Source of the DNA: Phyllobates terribilis
Lineage: Eukaryota
DNA: 64,000 nucleotides
Assembly (NCBI RefSeq): GCF_046119375.1
Contig: NW_027362763.1
Coordinates: forward strand, 101,928,001-101,992,000
Direction of reading: 5' to 3'
A program made the position numbers and the translations under genes. The notes beneath the pieces are model-generated. The model had not been told where the DNA came from. It did not search any database and worked only from the letters and a program-made list of their open reading frames with translations. Of the stretch, positions 12,870 to 23,417 are shown piece after piece; within the stretch, counting starts at the first letter, position 1, and each line of letters opens with the position of its first letter.

Positions 12870-13140
12870 TAATTTGAATGAATACACTTTAAATCCATTT
12901 ACAAGGATCTATTGGAGGGCAAGTCTCATGCCAGCAGCCGCGGTAATTCCAGCTCCAGTAGCGTCCACTAAAGCTGCTGCAGTTAAAAAGCTTTTATAAG
13001 GATCGAGCTCGGCTGTCCACCGCAAGGCATCCTACTGCCAGTCCCAGCCGCTATGCCTTGGGGTGCCTCCTGATGCTCTTCACTGAGTATCCCGTGGTCC
13101 CGAAGCATTTCATTTGAAAAAATTAAGTGTCCAAACTACA
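12870..13140 (+). pseudogene. Degenerate 18S rRNA fragment (530-loop region to V4) carried inside the hAT
   Basis: CACTTTAAATCC...ATTGGAGGGCAAGTCTcaTGCCAGCAGCCGCGGTAATTCCAGCTCCA...GCAGTTAAAAAGCT...TTTGAAAAAATTAAGTGT matches conserved eukaryotic SSU rRNA; ~270 bp with many substitutions. Confidence 0.9.
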
Positions 13141-13244
13141 GGTGGTGTAGCTTGCTTAACAGCCGGGATAATCCGCTGACTAGCAGACACTGCTACTAGG
13201 CACAAAGTATTTCCTGGGCTAGATGCAGTTAAAAATTTGTAATT

Positions 13245-15068
13245 AGATACTCTCGTTGGATGCTGAGAAAGCATTCCATAGAGTCTCCTGGCACGCCATA
13301 TATGATTCTCTTAAAAAGCTTGGGGTAGGGGTCTAGGGGACCCTTTTATAGCCAAAATCACGGCCCTGTATCGCAATACGTCACCTAGGCTGAAGATAAA
13401 TGGAACTGTAGCACCCTGAGGGCTCGGTTGCTAAAGACGTATTGCACCTCACCCAGAGGTGTGATATCTCACTCTCAGGTAAGGATGGAGTGTGGATCAG
13501 GACCCGACACCTGCATGCATTACACCACATTGCCGTGGGGCAGGGCGACCAATATGCCCCTGAGATGGGCACGACAGTCCCTGTCCCTGGCTGGAGTGGG
13601 GGGAGGGAACACTGAGGAAGGGGAACCCTGTAGTGCAGGAGCAGGGAGGAAGCAGTTCCTGGGTGCATTGAGAAGGGAGTATAAAAGGTGGGCACCATCT
13701 TAGTTCAGTGCAGAGAAGTCTGAGCAGAAGTGGCAGGGAGCAGGGGCTCTGCATGAGCTCTGCTCCAGAGGCGGGCCTAGTAACAGAGGCCCAGGCCTGG
13801 AAGAGGGAGAAGGAAGGAAGAGGAGCGGAGAAGGCTCCAGGAACGAGGAATGAAGGGATCCCAGGGGTGCGGACGGGCGAGTCGCCACCGCACGCCCGAA
13901 TCCACCTGCGTGGAGGGGTCAGGCCAAAGGGGGAGACCGGTCCCCGAACTAGTGGAGGCAGGAAACGACCCTCAGCTAGAAACCGGAGGCTCTGACATTT
14001 TATGTGGCGCAGCCCCTCGCTACACCCGCTAGGAAGGCACCACATAGGGTCAGGGAAACTGGCGCCAAGTTTACCAAGAGGAGGCCCGAGGCAGCCGGAC
14101 AGAAGTGTTGGTAAGAAAGGCCAGACAAAGGACACACAAAGGGGGTCCTGTGAAGTGCTCCAAAGTTATCTGGGAGTTGTCTGAGCCCCTCACCTGGTGA
14201 GCACAGTACGACGTGGGCAGCCGTTACCTGCAGATGTGGTCTGGATAATAAGAACTGTGAGTAAAGGCCCTGAACTGCATCACTGACTCCGTGTCGTTAC
14301 TGCTGCTGCCCTGCACCATCACCCCCATCCTCCGCATACACTGCCCTGAGGCTATACTCCTCCCGTGGGGAGTTATGCTACGCTCTGCTGCACCCACAAC
14401 ACCAGCCTCAGTGGTCTGCCCTGTAGCGGCGGTTCACTCTGACCGCAATCCACGGGTGGCGTAGTCGGACATTTAAACATGAAAACCACATAAATAGTTC
14501 CGCCACTGGTTTGACCGCCCTGAGCCACGGAACTGGGTCGCCGCCACGAAGACTACAACCACCAGCATCCACCAAAAAGGGTCCGGCTCCGGGTGTCCCA
14601 AGGCCCAGGGGGTGCGTCAGAACATTTTCATCACCTTTCACAATCACCAATGGGACAAGGCAGGGATGTCCTCTGTCCCCTCTCTTATACATCCTAGTGA
14701 CGGAGCACCTGCTCTCATCAATTCGCCATAACCCCAATATTAGGTGGATTGAGGTGGGAGGCACTGAGTACAAGTGCTCTCTATTTGCTGATGATGTCCT
14801 AGTATATATCACTCAATCACATATATCCATCCATGCTGTTATGGCTGAAATAGATCACTTTGTTACATGGTAAAATTTTAAAATCAATGCAGCGAAGTCT
14901 GAGGCCCTCGATGTCTCCCTCCCCAAATCCATATAGGATTCCATCCAGTCCAACTTTCCCTTTGCCTGGCCCTCACAGGGTATCAAATACTTAGGAATTC
15001 CTATTCATAGAGACCTCTCCCATCTATGTTATCTTAATTTTGGGCCCTTTATTGAACAACTCCATACA
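13245..15068 (+). mobile_element. L1/Tx1-type RT fragment inside hAT copy 1, interrupted by a solo LTR
   Basis: LDAEKAFHRVSW...INGT|FSSPFTITNGTRQGCPLSPLLY...SLFADD...GIKYLGI; the frame is continuous when 13407-14623 is removed. Confidence 0.85.
13407..14619 (+). mobile_element. Solo LTR, same superfamily as 4900-6124
   Basis: TGTAGCACCCTGAGG...GGTGCGTCA; TSD GAAC (13403-13406, 14620-14623). Confidence 0.85.
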
Positions 15069-15069
15069 G

Positions 15070-16635
15070 ACCACGGTTGGCAAGTTAGAACTGTAAGATT
15101 CACTACGTGAACCACTGGTGTTTTGTGGAAAAGCACATGTACACTGCGTTCCAAATTATTATACAAAAAGTGTTTAGGAGTGATAAGGGAAGAATTTGTT
15201 TGTGAGTTAAACTCATTGATGGTGATGTGTGTCAGGGCTCTTTATATCACTGTAAGCAATTGCAGACACCTGTGCTAATTAGTTTGGCAGGTGTGTCCAA
15301 TGAAAGGCAAGACTACTTAAGAAGGCTCTCTCACATTATTAAGCAGCCTACATTTTCTGCCAAAATGGGAAAGAAAAAGGATGTGTCGGCTGCTGAGAAG
15401 CAACAAATTGTGGAGTGTTTAGGTCAAGGCATGACTACAATCAACATTGTGCGATGATCAGGATGAAGTGTCCTGGCAATCAAGAAGTATGTAGCTGATT
15501 CACAGTACACATGTGTGCGTGCTGATAAGGGCAAATTGAGGACTCTTTCCTACAGGCAATTACGTCAGGTTGAAAGAGCAGCGGCAAAAAAGCCTTGTCA
15601 TAGCAGCAGACAAGTTTTTGAAGCTGCTGGTGCCTCCAACGTCCCCCGAACAACAAGATGCAGGGTCCTTCAGAGGTTTGCAGCTGTGCATGCGCCATCC
15701 TGTCGACCTCCTCTATCCACTTCACACAAGCAGAAACGGCTCCAGTGGGCCAAACATTACATGAAGACTGATTTCAAAACTGTTTTGTTCACGGATGAGT
15801 GCCGTGCAGCGCTCGATGGTCCAGATGGATGGAGTGGAGGATGGCTGGTTGATGGACACCCCACGCAAACACGGCTACAGCGCCAACAAGGAGGAGGTGG
15901 AGTAATGTTTTGGGCTGGAATCATGGGGCGAGAGATTGTCGGCCCCTTTAGGATCCCTGAAGGCGCTAAAGATGAACTCCATAATGTATGTGGATTTTCT
16001 CAAACAGCACTTCCTGCCATGGTTCAAGAAGAAGAACCGTGTATTTCACAGCAAGATCATTTTTCTGCATGATAATGCACCATCTCATGCTGCACATAAA
16101 ACATCTGCATCTCTGGCTGATATGGGCATAAAAGGGGACAAACTTATGGTGTGACTCCCATGCTCCCCTGACCTCTACCCCATTCAGAACCTTTGGAGCA
16201 TCATTAAAAGGAGTGTCTATGATGGCGGGAGGCAGTTCACATCTAAGCAACAGCTCTGGGAGGGTATTCTGTCCTCATGCAAAACAATTGAAGCAGAAAC
16301 CATCCAAAACCTGACAAATTCAATGGACGAGAGAGTTCAGAAGCTCCTTTCGAACAAGGGGTCCTATGTGAAAATGTAACATCACCTAGAATAAAGTTTT
16401 GAGTTGAAAACTGTTTGATTTCAGTTTCTAACAACCTGCTAATGCTTATAATTTCAAAAATGACCATTTTTTTGGTCTTTATTAAAATGAAAAGGTTGAT
16501 CGAAAAGTTTGGGGGATCTAAGAGTGTGGCAACCCAGTAGTCATGATTACTTCGAATTCTGACAATATGAGGGTCATGCTGCAGGTAGTGCAGCAAGAAG
16601 GCACTTATGTGTCTTGCGCATCTCGGAGCCCCAAA
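15070..16635 (-). pseudogene. Relic of a diverged second hAT transposase segment (15070-15141 and ~16510-16635), split by the Tc1
   Basis: The pieces align to 17290-17360 and 17450-17580 of the intact ORF (LHYLQHDPHIVRIRSNHDYWVATLLDP vs LHYLQHDPRIVRIRNNPDYWVATLLDP). Confidence 0.8.
15142..16500 (+). mobile_element. Tc1-like element with DD37E spacing (TRT-like), right end truncated, inside hAT copy 1
   Basis: TA|CACTGCGTTCCAAATTATT start; transposase 15365-16379 MGKKKDVSAAEK..., LFTDEC, HDNAPSH, SPDLYPIQNLW; 37 codons between the second D and the E position (E mutated to Q); stops and frameshifts. Confidence 0.85.
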
Positions 16636-16837
16636 ATTATTTTCCGGGCTAGATGCAGCTAAAAATTATTTTTAATTTTAAATCTGGTGAAGCTTTAGTA
16701 TAGATGGCCTAATAGGATCAGTGCTGCACACTGCTACAAAGCCCAAATTATTTTCCAGTCAAGATACAGATAAACATGATTAGTAATTTGAAAGCTTAAA
16801 ACGGTTGGTAGGGTGATTTTAACCAATCATCAAGCTT

Positions 16838-19800
16838 TTACTCTCCCCAGGATGACACAGGGGTAGAAAAGTCGTTTCGGATCCATGATTTGTTCATCTT
16901 TATGAACGTGAGTCTGTCTACATTATCAGTGGAGAGCTGCGTGCGCTTATCTGTCAGCACACCACCAGCAGCGCTGAACACACGTTCAGACAGAACGCTG
17001 GCTGCGGGGCATGACAAGATCTCCAAGGCGTAAGTGGCTAGCTCCGGCCATTTATCCAGATTGGAAGCCCAAAAAGAGCAAGGGTCCAGTGACACAGTCG
17101 TGGCTTCAATGTTTACTTGGAGATACTCCTGTACCATCGTCTCTAGGCGTTGACTATGTGTCAGACTTCTTGTCTCCTGTGGCCTTGCAAAGGATGGGCT
17201 AAAAAAGTGGTGAAATGATTCCGCAAAATTGATGTTACCAGCAGATACTGTGGTTCTGTTACGGTTTGAGTGCTGAACACTTGACGGTCCCACGGTTGGC
17301 AAGTTGGAACTGTGAGATTCACTACGTGCACCACTGGTATTTTGTGGAAAAGCACATGTAAGATTCTGCAACAGTCTCTGCTGATACTCCTGCATGCGTG
17401 CATCCCTTTCTATGGCAGGAATAATTTCTGCAAATTTACTTTTGTACCGGGGATCTAACAGTGTGGCAACCCAGTAGTCAGGATTATTTCTAATTCTCAC
17501 AATTCGAGGGTCATGTTGCAGGTAGTGCAGCAAGAAGGCACTCATGTGTGTTGCGCATCCAGGAGCACCAAGTCCCTGTTGTGTTGGTGGCGAGGTAACA
17601 ATCATGCTTCCTTCCTCTGTCCTCTCCCCCCAACCTCGCACAACAGAAATGTGATCAAGGTCTCCCTCATCTGATGAGTCTTCCATCAGTTCGTCCTCCA
17701 CTTCTTCCTGGGCTCCTGCACCTTCCTCACTAGTTTGGCTGCTACCATGCGCCCTGGTAAAACCATCTCCCTCACCCTCACATGCCTGCCGCCTTGGTGC
17801 TGCCGACCGTCTGGACCTTGCAGATGTTAGCCCTTCCGCATACAACTCCTCCTCCTCTACTTCCTCCACCTCCTCTTGTGCCACCACCTGACTCCGAATT
17901 CTGTTTAACATGTGCTCCAGCATGTAAATCACCGGAATAGTCATGCTGATAATGGCATCGTCAGCACTAAACATCTTCGTCGCCATTTCAAAACTGTGCA
18001 GAAGGGTGCATAGGTCCCTGATCTGAGACCACTCCTCCAGCGTGATTTGCCCCACCTCTGAATCTCGTTGGCCCAGGCTATACGTCAGAACGTATTGCAC
18101 CAGGGCTTGTCGGTGCTGCCACAGTCGCTGCAACATGTGCAGAGTTGAATTCCACCGGGTAGGCACATCGCATTTTAGCCGGTGAAGTGGCAGGCCCAAC
18201 GACTTCTGTAGAGATGTAAGTCGCTGAGCTGCGGGATGCGAACGGCGGAAGTGAGCACACAGCGACCGTGCCCTCTGCAGAAGGCCATCTAGTCTGGGAT
18301 AGTGGGCTAAAAATTGCTGGACAACCAGGTTCAACACGTGAGCCATACAAGGCACGTGTGTGACATTGCCCCGGCGAAGGGCCGCACCCAGGTTTGCAGC
18401 ATTGTCGCACACGGCCTTCCCTGGTTTCAGGTCCAGTGGAGACAACCATTCATGAAATTGGTTCTCCAGAGCTGACCACAACTCCTCAGCTGTGTGACTC
18501 ACATTTCCCAGACATTTCAATGTAAAAACCGCCTGACGTTGAGCCCTACTGCCAGCATAGTAAGGAGGTGTGCAGGATCCCTTCTGCGCAGTTAGAAAGC
18601 TTGTGGCATGACCAGACAGGCTTTGGGTGCAGGTGGAAGACCGAGAGGAGGTTGAGGAGGCAGAAGCAGTGGAGGAACTTTGACATAAAGAGGATTGACG
18701 CACAACTCGTGGGGACGGCAAGACTTGGACAGCAGCCCCTTGTCCTGCTGTCACCATAGTTACCCAGTGCCCAGTCAGCGACATGTAACGCCCCTGTCCA
18801 TGCCTACTTGTCCAAGTGTCTGTGGTGAAATGCACCCTGTCACACACAGAGTTTCTCAAAGAAGCGGTGATGTTGTGTGCGACATGCTGGTGGAGCGCAG
18901 GCACACCTTTCTTTGAGAAGTAGTGCCGACTGGGCATCTGGTACTGGGGCACTGCGACGGACATAAGGTCTCGAAAATCCTCTGTGTCCACCAGGCGGAA
19001 AGGCAGCATTTCTGTAGCCAAGAGCTTGCAGATGGTGAAATTCAACCTCTTAGCTTTCTCATGGCTAGTAGGAAATGGTCTTTTACTTGTCCACATCTGA
19101 GGGACCGAGGGCTGGCTATTGTGCTTAGACGGGGTTGATAAGGGTGTCCCCGGCAAACTGCCGGTCTGTGAGGAAGATGCAGGCGGACATGTTAGGTTGC
19201 CTTGATCCAAAGGTGGTGCTATCGATGTCGGACAGCGCTCAAGACCAGCTGGTGTTACCACCTCCAAAGAAAATGATGACCTGCCAATCACGCTGGCTGT
19301 TGCGGGTAAAGAGGTGGCAGGTCTGCGCCCCAAAACAGGTGTGACTGCTGTCCCCCCAGTCACAGAGGATGAAGAGGCCGCGGATGCACAAGATATGGCA
19401 GACGGTGGTTGGCCCGGCCGGCTAGACCGCATTGTAGCACACTGAGCTTCCCACTGCAACTTATGCTTCATGTCCATGTGCCGGTTCATGCATGAAGTAC
19501 TCAAACTATGTATTTTTTGGCCTCTACTTAGCTTTTGCTGACAAATGTTACAGATAACACGAGTTGGGTCATCTTTATCGATCTGAAAAAATGCCCAGGC
19601 TATGCAAGGCTTAGCACCCATGCGACCTGAAGAGCCACCACGACTTGTGGTGAGAGGCAGAGTTGTGTTTGAGGATGCAGTTGTTGACGTGCTTCCAGTA
19701 CTACGTCTCTGTCCAGGAAGGCGCAACCTGACCTCGTCGTCACTAGCATCTTCCTCCACCTCCTCTGCTGACCTCATCTCTTGGCTGACTGTGGGTTGAC

Positions 19801-20515
19801 AGTAAGTGGGATCTCCGACCTCATCATCATCACCCTGTGCGTTATCACACCCGTCGTCCTCAGAGCCAACCTGTTCCTGCCCTGACAAAAAACTAAAGTT
19901 GTCGCTCCAATCAGGTATTTGAGTCTTATCATAGTCTTCCTCATTGTCTCCACCAACAGGAGTTACAGTTTGGGAATGAGGGTCTACATTATGGTCAGAA
20001 CCTTCTGCGTCTGGTCCTGGATCCGACTCATAAAGATTCTGGGCATCAGTGCAGATCATTTCCTCGTCTGGATTCACAGAAGCGCTGGAGTCGACCTCTG
20101 ATTCCCAGGCTATAGTATGAGTAAACAGCTCTGCAGACTCAACCATCTGTTCTACCTCATACTCAGACGGGCAGCTGGAGATTTGGGAGCTGTGAGGAAG
20201 CAAGTGCGATTTGGGTGACACCTTTGAGGACTGGAGTATTTGTGATGTTGAAGTTGATGTGGAGGAGAGCCCACTTAAAGGAGCACTTGATATCCGTTGA
20301 AGCACCTGCTGTTTTTGTGCCTCATCTGGAATTTGTAGCGATTGGCGTGGCCGTAAGAAAGGGATCTGATCACATTGTCCGCTAAAAGAAGTAGACATTT
20401 TAGTTTGGCTGGAAGATGGTCTTTCTTCTGCACCTACCCCACGGACACAACCTTTTTTCCCCTTCCCAACACGCCTATTCCCCTTTCCACCAGCAGCAGG
20501 CCTTTTTCCACTCAT
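16838..20515 (-). CDS. hAT (Ac-type, ZBED4-like) transposase, uninterrupted 1225-aa ORF
   Basis: BED finger (W-x2-F...CNIC...HMDMKH); catalytic motifs TTDTW, VCDNA, SERVFS; CMAH; PTRWNST; C-terminal dimerization domain (WPELATYALEILSCPAASV). Confidence 0.92.
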   Translation of the reverse strand: MSGKRPAAGGKGNRRVGKGKKGCVRGVGAEERPSSSQTKMSTSFSGQCDQIPFLRPRQSLQIPDEAQKQQVLQRISSAPLSGLSSTSTSTSQILQSSKVSPKSHLLPHSSQISSCPSEYEVEQMVESAELFTHTIAWESEVDSSASVNPDEEMICTDAQNLYESDPGPDAEGSDHNVDPHSQTVTPVGGDNEEDYDKTQIPDWSDNFSFLSGQEQVGSEDDGCDNAQGDDDEVGDPTYCQPTVSQEMRSAEEVEEDASDDEVRLRLPGQRRSTGSTSTTASSNTTLPLTTSRGGSSGRMGAKPCIAWAFFQIDKDDPTRVICNICQQKLSRGQKIHSLSTSCMNRHMDMKHKLQWEAQCATMRSSRPGQPPSAISCASAASSSSVTGGTAVTPVLGRRPATSLPATASVIGRSSFSLEVVTPAGLERCPTSIAPPLDQGNLTCPPASSSQTGSLPGTPLSTPSKHNSQPSVPQMWTSKRPFPTSHEKAKRLNFTICKLLATEMLPFRLVDTEDFRDLMSVAVPQYQMPSRHYFSKKGVPALHQHVAHNITASLRNSVCDRVHFTTDTWTSRHGQGRYMSLTGHWVTMVTAGQGAAVQVLPSPRVVRQSSLCQSSSTASASSTSSRSSTCTQSLSGHATSFLTAQKGSCTPPYYAGSRAQRQAVFTLKCLGNVSHTAEELWSALENQFHEWLSPLDLKPGKAVCDNAANLGAALRRGNVTHVPCMAHVLNLVVQQFLAHYPRLDGLLQRARSLCAHFRRSHPAAQRLTSLQKSLGLPLHRLKCDVPTRWNSTLHMLQRLWQHRQALVQYVLTYSLGQRDSEVGQITLEEWSQIRDLCTLLHSFEMATKMFSADDAIISMTIPVIYMLEHMLNRIRSQVVAQEEVEEVEEEELYAEGLTSARSRRSAAPRRQACEGEGDGFTRAHGSSQTSEEGAGAQEEVEDELMEDSSDEGDLDHISVVRGWGERTEEGSMIVTSPPTQQGLGAPGCATHMSAFLLHYLQHDPRIVRIRNNPDYWVATLLDPRYKSKFAEIIPAIERDARMQEYQQRLLQNLTCAFPQNTSGARSESHSSNLPTVGPSSVQHSNRNRTTVSAGNINFAESFHHFFSPSFARPQETRSLTHSQRLETMVQEYLQVNIEATTVSLDPCSFWASNLDKWPELATYALEILSCPAASVLSERVFSAAGGVLTDKRTQLSTDNVDRLTFIKMNKSWIRNDFSTPVSSWGE

Positions 20516-20632
20516 TTTGGTGGTTAACTAATTCACAACTCTGGAGTTGTTTGCACAAAAAAACAATGGATGGTAACCGAGCAGAGCTGAGTGGCCAAAC
20601 TGTGGTATTAGGCCAAAACTATTGGCTGGGTT

Positions 20633-20810
20633 AGATGCAGAAAAAAATTATTTTTAATTTGCAACCTGATGGAGGTCAGTATAGATGGACTAATAGACCA
20701 AGTCCCACACACCGCTAGAAGCCCAAATATTTTTTCAGAGCTAGATGCAGAAAAAAATTATATTCAGTTTGCAACCTGATGGAGGTCAGTATAGATGGAC
20801 TAATAGAATG
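20633..20810. repeat. ~110-bp internal module of the hAT: 2 tandem copies here, 3 in copy 2 (43323-43620), relatives at ~13190-13245 and ~16640-16770
   Basis: Repeated TAGATGCAGAAAAAAATTA...CCTGATGGAGGTCAGTATAGATGGACTAATAG at 110-bp spacing. Confidence 0.8.
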
Positions 20811-21720
20811 ATGCTATGCCCAAAAGATTTTACTTCACTAGGTGCAGTAAAAAAATTGGTATTCTATACACAGGTGTTATATCTTGCAACACAGGCTACT
20901 CCACTGACTAACACACTCTGCAATAGGCCAAAAAGGATTAGCTTTGCTAGATTCAGCCAAATGCTGTGAAAAAAACTTGCACAGCACTGGCACAGACCTG
21001 CCTGGCAAAAACTGATAGGAACTCATGTAACCTAGTCCTGAAAAGGACTCCAATTACAATTAGTCTTTACTCCCACAATCTATCTATTTAAGAGCACAGA
21101 CCTCCCTGATAAAAGTCGTAGGAAATGCTGTAACCTAGTCCTTAAAAGGACTGCAATCATAACTATTCCCTAGTCCCAAGCTATCTGTATATTTGTGCGA
21201 AAATTGGCTTGAAATTAACAAGGTATAGCGCACACAGCAACAGCGGTGCCGTCTAACACGCAGCTGCAGCAGTGAGAAAATGGTGGCGACGGGGAAAATG
21301 GCTTGGTCTTATAGGGCAAGGACATGTGACATACACTGCCAATCACACATGCCCTTGCTTGTGTGAAAAAAAGCACTTCGCTCCGTGTGTGCGCTGCTGA
21401 TAGATTGACAGATTGCACCTCCCCACTGCAAATGCGGGAAAGAGAAAAAAAAATGGAGATCTTCATTGTTCCTGCAGAGATCCATCCCCTGCCCCTCCCC
21501 CCGCCCCGCTGTACACTCAAACTGCGTATTAACATTAATTTTCATCATTACTGAGAAAAAATCCAGTTATGATTTTGGTGCACGAACAGTTATCGAACAT
21601 AACCTCGAACAGCCGAATTTTTCTCAAATTGTTCGTGTTCGCCGACCGGCTCGAACACCGCCCAAAACAGCTCGAATTTGAGATTGGCAAACAGTTCGAG
21701 TAGAACAACGCTCATCTCTA

Positions 21721-21910
21721 CTTACATTTATCCCCATTAAAGCTCATTTGCCATTTATCAGCCCAAGCTTCTAGTTTACTTAGATCCTCCTGTAATATAA
21801 AATTGTCCTCCTCAGTATTGATTACCCTGCAGAGTTTAGTGTCATCTGCAAATATTGAAATATTACTCTGTATGCCCCCTACAAGGTCATTAATAAATGT
21901 TAGAAAGAAG
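21721..21910 (-). mobile_element. CR1 LINE, 5'-truncated remainder
   Basis: FINDLVGGIQSNISIFADDTKL...WADKWQMSFNGDKCK joins in frame to 12377 when the hAT and one TSD are removed. Confidence 0.9.
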
Positions 21911-22527
21911 TTTGGATTAAAAATTGTTTGGATAATGAAGGACGCAAAGAAATAATACTCTTAAAATCAAGACAAAATATCAGAAGTAAAATATTTTTTT
22001 TAATTTCAAATGTCATTTAGGATTACTTCTTCCTCATTCTAACTAATTTGTTTGAATTCATTTATAAATCCAGATTCTACAACAGATTCTGCTCAGAAAA
22101 TTTAGGAAGCATTTGGGTGAGATTTGTAAAATGTCAGCCCCTTATTTGCTGCAGTAATACACTGTCGACATTACCTGCGCAGACTCAGAACATCTGAATG
22201 AGGCTTTCTGGGAATTTATTTATTTTTATACACATTAAAATGTTTATCAGTGCGCTCAATCGGATTTTTACCCATTTTCTGTCCATGTCCATTTTTCCTC
22301 ATCAGTGGTCCATCTGGTTTTCTTATGCAAAAAAAAAAATTTCAAGCTTCTACCTATTAAATAGTAAAAATGGAAAGACAGTGCCCTCAGGTTGTCCATG
22401 TGTCATCCATAAACAGTCCCATAGCCTGTTATCTATCTATCTATTGTCTCACATCTATCTCAGATCTTTCAGCTGACAATTATCTCATGTGTATGGGGGG
22501 CTCCACAGCATTTGGTCTTGTCTCTTA

Positions 22528-22713
22528 GGCAGCATTCACACATTCAGTATTTGGTCAGTTTTTTAAATCATTATTTGTAAGCCTATACCAGGAGTGTGTG
22601 AAAAATGCCAAAGTGATGCAAGTGTTTCTATTATACTTTTTCCTCTGATTGTTCCACTCCTGATTTTTGGCTTATAAATATTGATGTAAAATACTGAACT
22701 TGTGAACGTGGCC
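22528..22713. mobile_element. PIF/Harbinger-type MITE
   Basis: GGCAGCATTCACA...TGTGAACGTGGCC imperfect TIRs with TTA on both sides. Confidence 0.6.
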
Positions 22714-22935
22714 TTACAGATGTGCTCACAATTTGGAGCGGTCTCTGATCAATGATCTCAGTGACAGATGACTTTCACATAGAACAGATCACATGTGGAG
22801 ACCACCATAGATCTACAGCTTCTAGAATTGCATGTTGTACAATGAAAAGTTATATTGCGGTACCCTGTTACCCAGAAAAATCGATGAAAATGCTTTTATG
22901 CCCAAAAATGACAAAAGTATTCTCTGAGTGATACC

Positions 22936-23417
22936 NNNNNNNNNNNNNNNNNNNNNNNNNNNNNNNNNNNNNNNNNNNNNNNNNNNNNNNNNNNNNNNNN
23001 NNNNNNNNNNNNNNNNNNNNNNNNNNNNNNNNNNNNNNNNNNNNNNNNNNNNNNNNNNNNNNNNNNNNNNNNNNNNNNNNNNNNNNNNNNNNNNNNNNNN
23101 NNNNNNNNNNNNNNNNNNNNNNNNNNNNNNNNNNNNNNNNNNNNNNNNNNNNNNNNNNNNNNNNNNNNNNNNNNNNNNNNNNNNNNNNNNNNNNNNNNNN
23201 NNNNNNNNNNNNNNNNNNNNNNNNNNNNNNNNNNNNNNNNNNNNNNNNNNNNNNNNNNNNNNNNNNNNNNNNNNNNNNNNNNNNNNNNNNNNNNNNNNNN
23301 NNNNNNNNNNNNNNNNNNNNNNNNNNNNNNNNNNNNNNNNNNNNNNNNNNNNNNNNNNNNNNNNNNNNNNNNNNNNNNNNNNNNNNNNNNNNNNNNNNNN
23401 NNNNNNNNNNNNNNNNN
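22936..23417. other. Assembly gap (482 N)
   Basis: Run of N. Confidence 1.

Larger units (their letters stand above)
12378..21720 (-). mobile_element. Composite hAT transposon copy 1 (9343 bp)
   Basis: Ends TAGTGTTGAGC...GCTCATCTCTA (9/11 TIR match); 8-bp TSD CTTACATT (12370-12377, 21721-21728); GTTCG/CGAAC subterminal arrays; encodes a hAT transposase. Confidence 0.95.

Noticed and set aside
12870-13140. Functional 18S rRNA gene
   Set aside because: Only ~270 bp, many substitutions in conserved positions, no flanking rDNA, and inside a transposon.
13381-14184. Several 60-212-aa ORFs (also 36056-36859, 5068-6140, 52017-53016, 54405-55172)
   Set aside because: GC-rich LTR sequence open on both strands; no gag, pol or env motifs.
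17011-20101. Plus-strand and alternate-frame ORFs overlapping the hAT transposase (also 39679-42770)
   Set aside because: Shadow ORFs of a long coding strand with no recognisable domains.
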